A program made the translations under genes and the position numbers. This document shows positions 1-24,007 of a DNA stretch of 64,000 nt, one piece after another. Source of the stretch: Amoebidium appalachense (taxonomy: Eukaryota; Protista; Ichthyosporea); the NCBI GenBank assembly GCA_963693365.1, contig CAVNZM010000011.1:7677937-7741936 (forward strand), in the 5' to 3' direction. The stretch's first letter is position 1. Each line of letters opens with the position of its first letter. The notes under the pieces are model-generated. The model ran no database searches and was not told the DNA's origin. It saw nothing but the letters and a program-made list of their open reading frames with translations.

Positions 1-10888
<10,888 letters not shown>

Positions 10889-11682
10889 GGCGCCTATCCT
10901 ATGACCCGTTTTGTCTGCCACAGCCTCGAAGTGCTTGCCACGGTGATGTTTTGGTCAACGGTGCTTAGCTATAGACCACCACTGTACTGGCAGGCGAGTC
11001 GCAGCTGCCAGAGTCTGCGATTACATGTAAAAGAGCTTGAAACTTTTTGGGTTAGTGGCGTATGCTGTCGTCTACGCAAGTTCGCTTTCTTTAGACTATG
11101 ACTTTGTTTTTGGTGATCCCCGGTCGGCGCCGGGCATGCCTACACTACGGTTACGAGGCCGCGACATCATAATCGCCAATTCCTTTTATTTATTATTGTT
11201 CTTCTTTTAAGGCTAACAGTATTAAAGTATTTGTAGGCGACTAAATATATACAGCAATTCTAGATCTATGATTCAAACACAAACCATATGTATTCCCCTG
11301 TTCAAGTAGTGTATGCATCGAGAAGACTAATAACTATTAGTAAAGTGAACAGTAGTTAATGTTTCGAGGTAAATAATGCAGCACAGCAATGAGACATGTA
11401 CATAACGTCGTAGAAGCAGCCATTGCGTACGTACATCCACACAAGTGTGCCTGCCAGCTAGCATGCTGCAATTGACAAAGTACACGTAGATGGCCATGGA
11501 CACACAGTAAACCGATTGAGTACGGATCACGCAAGGGATTAATAACCTTGTACGACACATGAGCACTGTCTTTGCTCTATTTTTACCATTTTTTTTGTTT
11601 GTGTGGCTCTTTTTTTTTTTGGTTACATTTGAAAGTGTTTGGAGAGGAGAAAGGAAGAGAACGAAAGGGGAGGGGGGGGGGG

Positions 11683-11717
<35 letters not shown>

Positions 11718-12097
11718 CTCTGTTGGATTTCTCGAGCAACGGCCGGGCTCTGTTTTCTCTAAACCAGCCAACCATACTCAGCTGCTTTATTCAAAAATCT
11801 ATATCTGATTCATTCACTGGCTCAGTATTATCACATTCCGAAACAAACGGCACTTTCAAGATCTACATCCTACATCATCATTCCACAGAGTGATATATAT
11901 TTGGGGGTTTACGCTGTTTACTCGAGGCAAAGAGAAACCAGTCTCAGGTATGGGGGGGGGTTTGCTCGGAATATCCCCTCAGCGGTATATCATGATCACG
12001 TCCATAGATGTCGGGTGATGACTATATATCAGGGTTTACTTTCTCTACGAGACACCATAAAGACTACAAGGAGAAATCAATTAGTTGGGGTTCCCCG

Positions 12098-12128
<31 letters not shown>

Positions 12129-12159
12129 GGGCTCCCCTGGGACACTCGGTATCAGCTGG

Positions 12160-12248
<89 letters not shown>

Positions 12249-12988
12249 AGTGTGCGCTAGAATTTTGTAGTGATGTGTTTCTCAAGCCAACTTGAATACA
12301 TCTAATAAACAGGTCGTAGTTACGCGTGTTTAGTATAAAATCAAGGATGTTGTAATTTACAGGTAGGCTATCTTTCTGGGTGTCTGTTGTGAATGTGACG
12401 TGTGTGTGTTGCGGTATTATGTGGTCTATCAAACTACATTTGGCGATACATGACCGGTTAAACTGGTGTGTGTGTGTGTTGTTTGGGCATGCAAATGATG
12501 CCACCTTATATTTATTACTGAGATCTCCACTGTATAGCACGTGTACAGTAAAAGCGTGGTAATTGATCAATAATACAATCAGCTAGAGAAAGACCAGTTC
12601 TACAGGAAGGTAATATGTATTTAGGTGTTATACATTTGCGAGTGCCATATTTGGCAATATGGTTGAGGCGGTCAGTATCATGATATAAAACGAGACATAA
12701 GGCTTAGTTTTTCAAGGTGTATGCTTTCATCGGGTCTAGTGTCGTGTGGTATCTTTTTCCATTTGTTATATTGCGTGATTATCTTGTGATTGTGTACATG
12801 TTTAATAAGTAAGTGGCAGTCCAAAGTCACACACACACTTTTGCGGGATTTATTTGTATTTGTACCCAGGGGAGAAGGGGAGAGAGAGGGAAGGAAAGAG
12901 GGGAGAGGTGAGGAGGGGACAGGTCGGATAGAGAAGAGAGGGTGGGAGGGCAAATACTTCTTTAAGCGGCTTATGTGCTTATTGAATT

Positions 12989-13333
12989 TCAGCGCGAGAT
13001 ATAGGATACTCTAGCAGCTATTGGGACCAGACCATATATCGAGAGCGTTACAGGCCCAGGTTTACAACAGTTGTTAGATAGAAAGGAGGCAACTTCTGCT
13101 TCAAGGAAATTTGCCAAGGGTTTAAGCGCTCTAGTTCTCTCTTTCTTGATCCAAGCGGCGAGAAGGGGTAAACCATATTCACATGCCGGGAAGACAAAAG
13201 TGCGAATAAATGTAAGTCTAATAGAAGGATGGAGGGGTGTGTCTTTAAAAATATTAGCCGAGAAGAAAGCTAACAGCTTACGAGCCAACTCTACCCTCTT
13301 TTCGACCATATGGGAAAACATAAATTTTTTCAT
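12989..13333 (-). mobile_element. Degenerate non-LTR (LINE-like) retrotransposon fragment, RT thumb region
   Basis: Intronless ORF ...IRLTFIRTFVFPACEYGLPL...LSIYGLVPIAARV resembles the post-RT 'yxtfvxPxleYg ... gxxpi' segment of LINE ORF2. No catalytic motifs are present. Confidence 0.5.
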
Positions 13334-14181
13334 TCGGCAGATATAACCATATATGGGTAAAGCATTCAGTAGAGATAACCATGTATCGGTAAAGCATTCG
13401 GTACATGTAAGGTAACAGTACTACTAGTGGCGATTTTGATCCTGCTACAGCCATGATCATGCTGCAACATATATATGCGTGCTGATGATACCGTACACAG
13501 CGTAACTACCCCCCCCTGCTGGTGCCTCCCCGATATATTGCCCTCCTACGATAGCATCCACCTCCCTTCCTAACGAAATACCTCTGCTTTCGAACTGAAA
13601 CTAAATTTTCCTAACGTGTACATACTGTATGTGCCGTTGCCGAACAACGCACATCCGTGGGTATGGAACGAAAAAACTATGCAAGTTCTGCTAGATGCGC
13701 CCCCTCGACTAAGGTGGTGATGGTGGCGGGAGGGGGGAAGGGGGGGGGGGGGGGGGGGGAGGAGGGGGAGGGTAGTGTTCGGCTCGAACCATCAGGCTGA
13801 GAGTTCAGTCATCTTAGAAGGTTGTTATATACATGCGGGTTTAGCACCGACCATTCTCATCTATAGACACATCACATGGAGCCATTCATATCTTCATATC
13901 TACATTGGTGTGTTCCTGTCTTTGTGCACGTGTTGTGTGTGTTTCCATGGTAGCGCCAGCGCTGTTCATAGAGCCCCCCCCCCCCCCCCCCCCCCCCACA
14001 ACAAACAATACCTCACTTGCGCCGCACCCCCCCCCCCCCCTTCCCCTCCCCTTCCCCCACTCCCCCCCCCCCCCCCCCCTGCTCACACACGGAACACGTA
14101 GACCATTACAATTACGTTTCCCTTCACAGTGTTTGCTTGGCTGCACATTTACAGTAAGTACATGACTTGCACACACACGTG

Positions 14182-14495
14182 CTAATCCGTTGTCTCCTTC
14201 TCCACGGCCCTCTTCCACCTCCTTCTACGTGTGGATGCCGTCCAACCCGGACTAGGTCCCCAGTTGTTCCAAAGCTGGTTGGCATACTCCCAGCCCTCAG
14301 CGTCCACCCCTGTTAAAACCCCGTCAGTTGAGTCCCCCCCCCCCCCCCCCCCTTTCTCCCTCTCCCTCCCCTCCCTTCTTCCCACGGAAACCCCCAGGCT
14401 CCCATTAAGTCCTCTTCCCCCCCCCCCCCCCCCCCCTCCCCTCCCCCTGAAGGCCATCGGTCGATTAAGTCTCCCTCCTCCCCCCCCCTCTCCCC

Positions 14496-14532
<37 letters not shown>

Positions 14533-15661
14533 ATACACCTCCCCCGAACCGACCCGTTCCATTGAGCACCCCCCCCCCCCCCCCCCCTCCTCCCCTCCAT
14601 CCCCGCCCCTCCTCCTCCCCTCTCTTTACCCTTACTGTCTCGGCCACCTCAGCCCACACCCACACCCCACGCAGCACTATGCAAGCACCTACACACCTAC
14701 GCCCAGGTCGACCTCCCAGTCTCCAGCCCAGGTCTCCCCCTCAGGCAGCTGCATAGTCTCCATCTCTCTACCCTCCAGCCCTGACGCATCGCTGAATGGC
14801 GGCCTCTCGCCAGGCAGTGGCTGTGTGCAAAATATCCACATGATTAGAAACACCTTTCCCTCTTTTGCCTTCCCCCTCCAAAGGGAAAAAAGGAAAAGAA
14901 AAGAGAAAAGGAAAAGAAACAAGTCGACATTCCCCACTCCACTTGCCCATGTGGCATACATAGGCCATCTTGTGATACATTGGCTGGTGCCTGGACACAG
15001 CCGTGCGGACAGAAACGACATTCAGAGAATGCACAGTTTATTTGCCCCAGCATCCTTGGTTTTCGAGGCTTTTTTTTTTCTTTTTTTTTTTTCTTCCCCT
15101 TCTTCTTATGCGTGGGTGTGTGTGTGTGTGTGGGTGTTGTGTGGGTGTGGGTGTGGGTGTCTGGGGGGGGGGGGGGGGGATACACAACATGCTGAAAATG
15201 TTTCAAGAGTGCCGGTGCACACACCCACACCCATCCCCAATGCTATTTCCAACCTCACGCACCCACACCTACACACGCGCACACGCACACATACAGACAC
15301 CCACTCACCCACATCCACCAGCCCACACATACCCTGCTACACGAAAGGGAGGAGAAGAGAGAGTCGGAGAACACAAGAGCCGTGGGGTGGGGAGAGGGAT
15401 GCAATGATGCCGGAGAGAGTGAGAGAAGAGGAAGGGGGAGGGGGAGATGATATATGCATTAGAGGGTGGCAAATATGGAATGCATTTTGTTGAGAAACAC
15501 AATGATGCCGGATGAAGTAAGTTACAGAGCCTATTACAGCGGGCAAACGGGCAGGCGGGCACCGGGGGGAGAGGGAGGGGGCTTAAAGGAGGAGAGAACA
15601 AGAAAAATGTGCAACTTCACGAGTACATGCATGTGCATGTGCATGTGTGTGCATGTGTGTG

Positions 15662-15714
<53 letters not shown>

Positions 15715-15868
15715 CTCAGGTATTTGCCTTTGTGTGCAAGGGGCTGTGTATTTGCGGGTGAATTTGTTTGTGTGTGTGTGTGTGTGGCGTGTTATAGCTC
15801 CTCGGGACAGTAGTTGCAACAAGGAATAGAAATGGATGTGTGTGTGTGTGTCTTTATGTGGCTTTAAG

Positions 15869-15910
<42 letters not shown>

Positions 15911-16021
15911 GTATGTGTTGTGCACATGTGTGTGTGTGTGGATAATGTATGTCATTGTTGCGTGTGTATATGGATAGCTTATGATGTATTGCATGGTGTA
16001 TTGCACGTTTTTTTTTTTTTT

Positions 16022-16052
<31 letters not shown>

Positions 16053-16573
16053 TAGTGTGTATATAATTGTGTGTTTGTGTGTGTGTGTGTGCGATTGTGG
16101 TGGATGTTTTGCAGGGTATGGACAATGGGGGTGTGTGCAGTTGTGTGGGCGTGCCAGCACCCAACTGAACGCATGTGCGTGCACGTGCCCCTGTGTGGGT
16201 GCGAATGCAGATGTGTTTGTGTGTGCATGCCTGCATGTGTACATGCGAATGCATGTGCATGTATGGCTATGCAGACACTAGCACCCACCATGCCCCATCC
16301 CAGGCCCAGGATCCACCTCTGGTTCTCATAGACAAACACCGAGCTATATGCCTTGTTGACCACTGAGGGCTCAGCTATCTCCGGCTCAGGGGGCTTGCCG
16401 CTTGCCTTCACAGCTACTTGCAGCGTTACCTCGGTTACCGCCTGAAATACTGAGTGTTAATCATGTGCGTGATTGCTGCACACAGGAGGGGTGTAGGAAC
16501 ACATCTCCTAGATGCCTTGCTTGCCCGTGATGCTTTCCTGTCCAGGGGGCTTCCAAGGCTTCTATGCAACCAT

Positions 16574-16606
<33 letters not shown>

Positions 16607-17343
16607 TTCCCCATCCCCTTTTAAAGGACACACACAAAAAAACCCCACGTAATCGCACCAAAATAAAAAGAAAGAAACGAAGTGCAGGTTTACTTTTGTG
16701 CAGAGGGGACACCGTACTCGTGTAGAGTTGCCTGTAGGGTCATTATTGGGTCGATTGTGACCTGATTTAGTGATCTAGCGAAACGGCTGGGTAATGGCAT
16801 TTTTCGTAGAATCCCCCCCCCCCCCCCCCCCCCCCCCCATCAAAACCCAAATCCACCAGCCATAAATGGTAGACTCGTAGATATGGCTAACTACCTGGTC
16901 AGAGCGACCAATAGTCTCCTGTTTGCTGCAAACAGGTTGGACCGAGCAAAGTTTGTCTTGATACCATGAAGGTGTGCTAGGAAGAACACAACCCAGACAA
17001 AATGCAATATGTCTCTCTCATTGCTTATCTCCATCGTGTAGTAAATGGTCACCCGCATCAAAAGTTCCTCTCGGAAGCAATTTCATCTCAAAGGCTTTGG
17101 AATGGAGAAGGGGGGGGAGGGGGGAGGGGAGGGGGTGGGGGGGGGGGGAGGGGGGAGGGGGGCAGGAAGGGAGAAGGGGCGAGGGAGGGCCGCGGGGGGG
17201 GGGGGGGGGGGGGGGGGAAGGGGGAGGGGGGGGGGGGGGGGGGGAGGGAGGGTTGCCTGGAAAATGGGTGTGTTGCTGACCAGCACGATCAGACCAGCCA
17301 CACACACAATGAAGCTGATGGGGATGAGGTAAAGGATCAGCGC

Positions 17344-17375
<32 letters not shown>

Positions 17376-18311
17376 TGTGTGTGTTTGTGCGTCGAGCAGG
17401 GGGAGGGTGGGAGGGCGGAGGGGGGCGGGGGGGGGGGGGGAGGGGGAGGGGGGGGGGGGGGGGGAGGGGGGATTAGTCATGGGGCACGCACACCAAGCCA
17501 AGTCCGAACATTCACCAAGCAGGTATGAACATGTCGTTGGCGCCATCAGGAGAAAAGGCAAAGGAGGGGTTGACCTTCGTGGGGAGTGAGACTGGGAAGG
17601 ATACAGTGCATATACAGCTGTTGATGATTACAGGACTGGGAAGGATACAGTGCATATACAGCTGTTGATGATTACAGGACTGGGAAGGATACAGTGCATA
17701 TACAGCTGTTGATGATTACAGGACTGGGAAGGATGCAGTGCATATACAGGTGTTGACGACTATAGGGCGGGGGGGAGCAGTGCTATTTTCCAGGTACAAC
17801 ATACAAACCAAGGAGCAGCGTGATTTTTTTTTTTTTTTTTTTTTTTTGGGGGGGGGGGGGAGGGGGAGGGGGAGGAGGGGGAGGAGAGGAGGAAGAGGCA
17901 TGTGTTATTCCAATTGTTCGAACAGCAAGCACTAGGGGAGGTTTATACCGATAACAGGAATGGATGCAATGATGGCCAAGGTGGCCTTGAGGCTTCTGTC
18001 TTCGTCCGTCCAGTCCACCTGCTGGTGCAGCTCCTCAATCTAATAGACCCCCCCCCCCCCCCCCAGTAAATGGAATGGCCTAGTAACACCCCCCCCCCCC
18101 CCCCCCCCCCCCTCCCCCTACCGTCCCTTCCCCTCAGACCTTGGCCTGGCCACAGACCTCCCCCCTCCCCCCCCCCCCCCCCCCCACCTGCCCCGGTCTT
18201 GGCAAGCTTTGCTGCGCCATGGGGGAAAACACAAAAAATAGCCATGACAGAGCAGCTCTCTTCCTCGATTGCCGTACTACTCGAAAAAGTGATAGAAAGC
18301 AATGCGGAATC

Positions 18312-18342
<31 letters not shown>

Positions 18343-18415
18343 AAAAAAAAAAAAAAAGAAAATGGCCAAAAGATCCATTTTCAGTACACACGCCCCAATC
18401 ATTGTCAAACCAAAT

Positions 18416-18450
<35 letters not shown>

Positions 18451-19013
18451 CCCCCCCCTTCCTCCCCCCCTCCCCCCCCTCCCCCCCCCCCCGCTTCCCC
18501 CCGCCCCCCGCAAAAAAAAAAAGACCACACACCATACAAACACACAATTTTCCCTTCCCTAACATACACAACTCAATCCCTTCTAAAAAACAAAGGCATC
18601 AACGGATACGTGTATATATACCAGCATGGAATGTGACGATCGGGGGCAAACCACACAACCCTATCCCCCTCCCCCCCCCCCCCCCCCCCCCGGCCCGCCC
18701 TTCCCCCCCCCCCCCCCCCCCCCCCTTTTCCGCCCTGCCCTTCCGCGAGGTTCTTACCCATTCTGCTCAGCCATTCATACCCCACCGAAACCGCATTCCA
18801 TAATAAACACAAACCAGAAATTCAGGGACATAAACACAGAGGCGTGGACGCAAGAAGCATATATGTGCACACACACAAACGTGAGAAGCATGCACACACC
18901 ACACACATGACAAATATTCACACACATGTACACATGGCTAGGATTCACATGCACACACACACACATACACACACATGTGACAAGCGCGCACACACACACG
19001 CACACACACACAC

Positions 19014-19078
<65 letters not shown>

Positions 19079-19702
19079 ACCAGAATGCGCACATGTGCAC
19101 ACCACAATGACCGGCTCTCAAATGCATAAACACTCGCACATGACAAACTTGCACACACTTACACACACACATGTCAAGCATGCACTAACACACACACATG
19201 CACAATCAACAAGCACGTATGCACACATCCACCCACCTGTGCTGCAAGCCTATTGATGCCCCCAAGAGAGTTCTGCAGCTTTTGCAAACTGGCAGTCAAA
19301 GACGCCAAATCAAACCGTGACATGGCCGGTGACCTGAAAGTGTTGAATGTGAGTGGCTATGAAACAGACATGCAAGGGGATAAGCTTGAGTTTGTGCAGC
19401 TATTCATGTAATTGCTGTGCCGAAGAGCAGAAGTACTTTGCTTGTTCCTGCCTACGTGAGGAGACCGTCATGTGTTGTTTCATCTTTCAATGCCGGCACA
19501 GGGCAGGCTTGCTGCCGCCAAGGAATAATCAAGAGCAGGGATGGGCAGGGCAGTCCTTACAAGCTGGCATCCAGAAAAGAGCTTAGCCAAGGAGGGAGGC
19601 AAAAACAAGTCGAATGAGCAATGTTTGTTTTCCCTGCTTCACTGTGCTGGCCGGCCTTACTGCACAGGGGCAACACCAGTTTTCTTTTTTTTTCTTTTTC
19701 CT

Positions 19703-19772
<70 letters not shown>

Positions 19773-20229
19773 CTCGCGACGGTGGTGGTTGATGTCTTTT
19801 TTTACGAGGACCGGGGGGGGGGGGGGGGGGGGGGGGGAGGGGGGGGGGGAGGGAGGAGGGGAGATCCAGGCCGCACTCACTTTGGTGGAGGGGGTGGCTG
19901 GACAAGGACCTGTGGGGCCACCTGGGCCACCTGTCTGAGGTTTGCATCCAGGGCGCGTGCATACCAGTTGCTCAGGCTGTAGCACAACAGCGCAAGGGTG
20001 GGCAGGTAGAACACGCTGTAGGGGTAGCTGCACAGCAGGATCCAGCTCATGCACACAAGAAGGGAGTCTGCTGGGCGGTCCCAGTTGAGAATAGAGTTGA
20101 CCTGGTCGGTCACCTGCCCGGCGCTGGTTGCAAAAGGGCGGATCTTTTGCACGATGGACCGAAATTCTTGCACGTTGCGTGGTGTGGTGTACCTGCACAG
20201 TGTGCCCTTAAGGTGCTTGATCTTTTACC

Positions 20230-20262
<33 letters not shown>

Positions 20263-20942
20263 TTCCCCCCCCAACCACCACCACCACCACCACCAAAAAA
20301 AAACAAAAAAACAAAAAAACAAAAAAAAAAACATACAACCAGTCTCCCAATTTGCTTAGCAAGTTTCGAATTCTAATTGAAGGTTGATAGGTGTTTGTTG
20401 ACTTTAACACAAGAGGAAGTTTAAAGCAAGACTGAAGTCAACTGACCGGTATGGGAGAAGGTCCTAAATACACCCGAATGATCATCTACAAGGCGAAAAC
20501 CCTTGTGCCCCTAGTTTTGCTTTCAACAAGCAGGGACCTGGGATGCCAAAACAAGGAAAAGAAAATCGGCCCCTCTCTCGTCTCTCTGCTCTCCCTAACC
20601 TCTCCCCCGGCCCCCACCGAAGCCCCTCCCCTCCCCCCCCCCCCCCCCCCCCCCCCCCTCCTCCCCCCTAATGCTAATCAAAAAAAGGGGGAAAGCAAAG
20701 CAATTTGCCAAAGAAGAAGCAAAAGAGAGTTGAGAGATGCAGTAAGAGGTGAAGGAACAAGAAAACTTAAACTATGCTCACCAGAGATCCAGAGGTGGGC
20801 CGTTGTCGATATTGTACTTTTTCTCCACCGACTTCTTAGCTGTTGCGTGTACCAACTCCCCCACGATGCCCGCAGGGACCGGGGAGGCTCTACCGTCGAT
20901 GGGTTCCCCCATGGTGAACCTAGACAGCAGGGATTGGAGCAT
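14182..20942 (-). CDS. Pex24/Pex28-32-like integral membrane peroxin with C-terminal dysferlin (DysF) domain
   Basis: Exons (minus): 20942-20782, 20192-19881, 19333-19237, 18039-17949, 17342-17257, 16441-16289, 14820-14697, 14309-14182. Protein has PPLDLWYTTPRN...[32 protein letters not shown], a hydrophobic hairpin, and DysF motifs [42 protein letters not shown]. The start codon (20942 or the next ATG near 20912) is uncertain. Confidence 0.82.
17591..17755. repeat. 44-bp minisatellite, about 3.7 copies, intronic
   Basis: Unit ACTGGGAAGGATACAGTGCATATACAGCTGTTGATGATTACAGG starting at 17591, 17635, 17679 and 17723. Confidence 0.92.
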
Positions 20943-22460
20943 ATAAAAGAATGTCGGCTTGTGGATTCGGCACAAAGCAAACGACAAACGACAGTTATAC
21001 TAGGCCACTTTCAAGAGGTCGCATGCCAGCTCGCTCTCTCGTCAAAAAACTAAAAGGGAACGCGAAGATCTCGACAGGCTGCAGCTGTCACAAGTGCACA
21101 CACTCGGCGATGGCCAGAGCTTTCTCTAAGTAGATTCCTGCGTTGGAAGCTCAAAATTACGCAAGAAGACGCTTATTAGTCGCCGTAGGAACATGCACGA
21201 ACTGTAACAGCTGGGATATACGCTCATGAGTAGAACACAAACAAAGTAACATGTAGCTTGTACCCTTTCAACTTCACACAAAACCGCGCAAGTTGTTTCT
21301 GGGATCCTCAGTTTATCGATACGCCACCACCCTTTGAAACTGTTGAATTCCTGGCTCTTTTATCCTGCCAACAGCTTTTTTTATGCTGTCATGTTAAAAA
21401 GTTCTAAAAGAAGCTATAAATTAGTTAAAGAGGAGTTAAAATGTGTATGACATACATGTTGGGCCTGGATCACGAAAGGCTTTTGACATTTTGCAATGTC
21501 CCAAAAAGGCGATATCACACAGCCTTCCATGCGATTGGCTGACATGATATTTGGGCGCGCAGACTGATCGAGCCCCGACAGTTCACGTGATTCGTGAAGA
21601 TCGATGACAGATGAACTTGTTTGCATAATTATACTTCGGAGAAGGTAAGTGGTGTACTGTACGTATATACAGTTGCACAGAACAAGCCACACGTAACAGA
21701 TTCAGTATACACGTACAGGCCTACTTCTGGGGCGACGACCGATGTCGTAGTGTTAAGGTCAACCTTGTGCCTGTGTCACTAGCAGTGACATTCAGCCTGC
21801 CAGCCAAAGTGTAGCCGCTAATTCGTGTTGGGAATCCTAAGCTAATGGCCCAACCGTGACACGGGCCCAACACAGATCGTTGACTTGCTTTCTTCCACTG
21901 GCATATCTGCGTTTCACGGATGCTGCGTGCACAGATCTCGCGGACCATGCGAGGAACGAGGGGACAGGAATGGAGGCGTGGACAGAGTGTCCAGATGATC
22001 ATCACGTGACTGAACCCTGCCAAACAACAGCAGATAGAGCAAAGATTATTATTCCTAGAGACATAAGTGCACATTGAGGTTTGGGGAGGCCGTGTTCGTG
22101 TATTCGACGAGTGTTGCGTGGGAGGGGAAGGGAAAGGGAGCAGAAAAGATAAGAGCATGGGATCCTTAGGCTGTTAGGCTGGTGGTGGTAGGGGGGGGAG
22201 GAGAGAAAGAGCGGGGAGAGAGAGAGAAGGAGAGAGAGAGAGAGAGGTGGAGGGAGGGAGAAAGAGAGAGGTGGGGTGAGAGAGAGAGAGATAGAGATCG
22301 AGTGAGAGAGCCTCAGAGAGAGACTCGGGGAGGAGGGGAGGGAGGACGTGAGAGAGAGGGAGAGAGGGAACAAGAGAGAGGGTGAGAGAGAGAAAGACAG
22401 ACAGAGAGGGAATGGAGAGATAAACTGAGGGGGAAAGCGAGAGAGAGGGGGGGGGGGGGG

Positions 22461-22654
<194 letters not shown>

Positions 22655-24007
22655 AAATGCTATCATATCGAGTTACAACGCGGTGCAAGCACATTGCCGT
22701 CTCTATCGAATGCATCTAGAGTTAGTATAGATCAAAAAGAGGAAGAACGAGGAAGGTTGCTTATTTTGCTTTCAGAAGCAGCGATGAAGGTTGAATACAT
22801 GAGATGTGAAATACTGTCTTCGAGAAAGCTTTTTTTAGCGCATCGTGATTGTCCAGGTCTACACAGTGCCCTCTATAGCTGAAAGGGGAGAGTCCGAACT
22901 GGCAACCAAGAGTCAGCTGCAGTTAGGCACGACCCAAAAAACACTTTAACCCAAGTTGCAGAGAGCCTTGGAACAGCTGCAAAGCACTGAGAGACGGGTA
23001 GATGGAGAGCTGGAAAACGGTGCTAGAGCAGGGATTGTGGTGAAAACACTCAACACCCTACCATGACTGTATACGTATACACACTTCCTGTTCACCCGGA
23101 AAAGTGTTCTTTGGGTAAAAGCTATTTTTATTATAGACGGACAGCTTGTCTGCTCTAGATCCACGTGCGTTACTGAGACGAAGAGAGCTGGCGCCGGCCA
23201 CGTAAACATAAGTTGTACAAGTGAAGGTCGGCAAGAACGTTGGTGTGGGGTGTGCTTATGAATGCCTTTGAATGCTCATGTGTATCCCGTTGTGTATATA
23301 TATGTAAGTGAGTGCCCGGCTTGCGTGTGCACGTGTGCGTCTGTCCCCAGGCGTGTTGACTCACGACGGATCCGGATGTGTCGATGGCAGGCAGGCATTA
23401 ATGTGCAGGTGCAGGCCCGTCTCTGTTTGGGTCTATATTGGTGTGTACGTGTGCGTGAGCGTGCCGCGTGTGTGTAATAGTATATTTGTAGGTGCCTGGA
23501 ACCATGTACAGGTATGGGAATCCCTCCGTGTGCGGGTCTAACACCCAGTGTGCCGGGGGGGAAGGGAGGAGGGGGGAGGGGGGAGGGGGAGAGAACGATC
23601 ATCGCCGGGGTGGGGGTGGGGGGGGGGGGGGGGGGGGAGGTGGGACTTAGCCTGTACAGAGTCCTAGTAAGGGTTCTGGAGAATTATAGAGGTAAATAAA
23701 GGGCAGAGGGGAGTGGGGAGGAGGGGAGGGGGGTGGGGGGAGACGGTCTATGCAAACATTGCATGCTCATGGAACTCAGTAGAGGACCACAAGTTCACCA
23801 CTGTGGCCACAGAAAAAAGCCGTCGATGATCTCATGGGAGGCCAGCGGCTGGTAAGGCGCATTCCGATTGGCCAGATCGGCTCCAAGCCGCAATCCAAAT
23901 TTGCAAGGGATCGCGGATGATCGACGTCAGTCCAACCCAGCCCCACTAAAAGTTTCTCTTCCAGCCTGTGTCAATTTCTTAACATTTCTGGGGAAAAACC
24001 TTAGAAA

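Noticed and set aside
16896-16976. Extra peroxin exon with AG/GT boundaries
   Set aside because: Phase is incompatible with neighbouring exons (stop in the required frame).
17591-17755. Possible CRISPR-like array
   Set aside because: Head-to-tail identical units with no unique spacers, in a eukaryotic intron; no cas genes.
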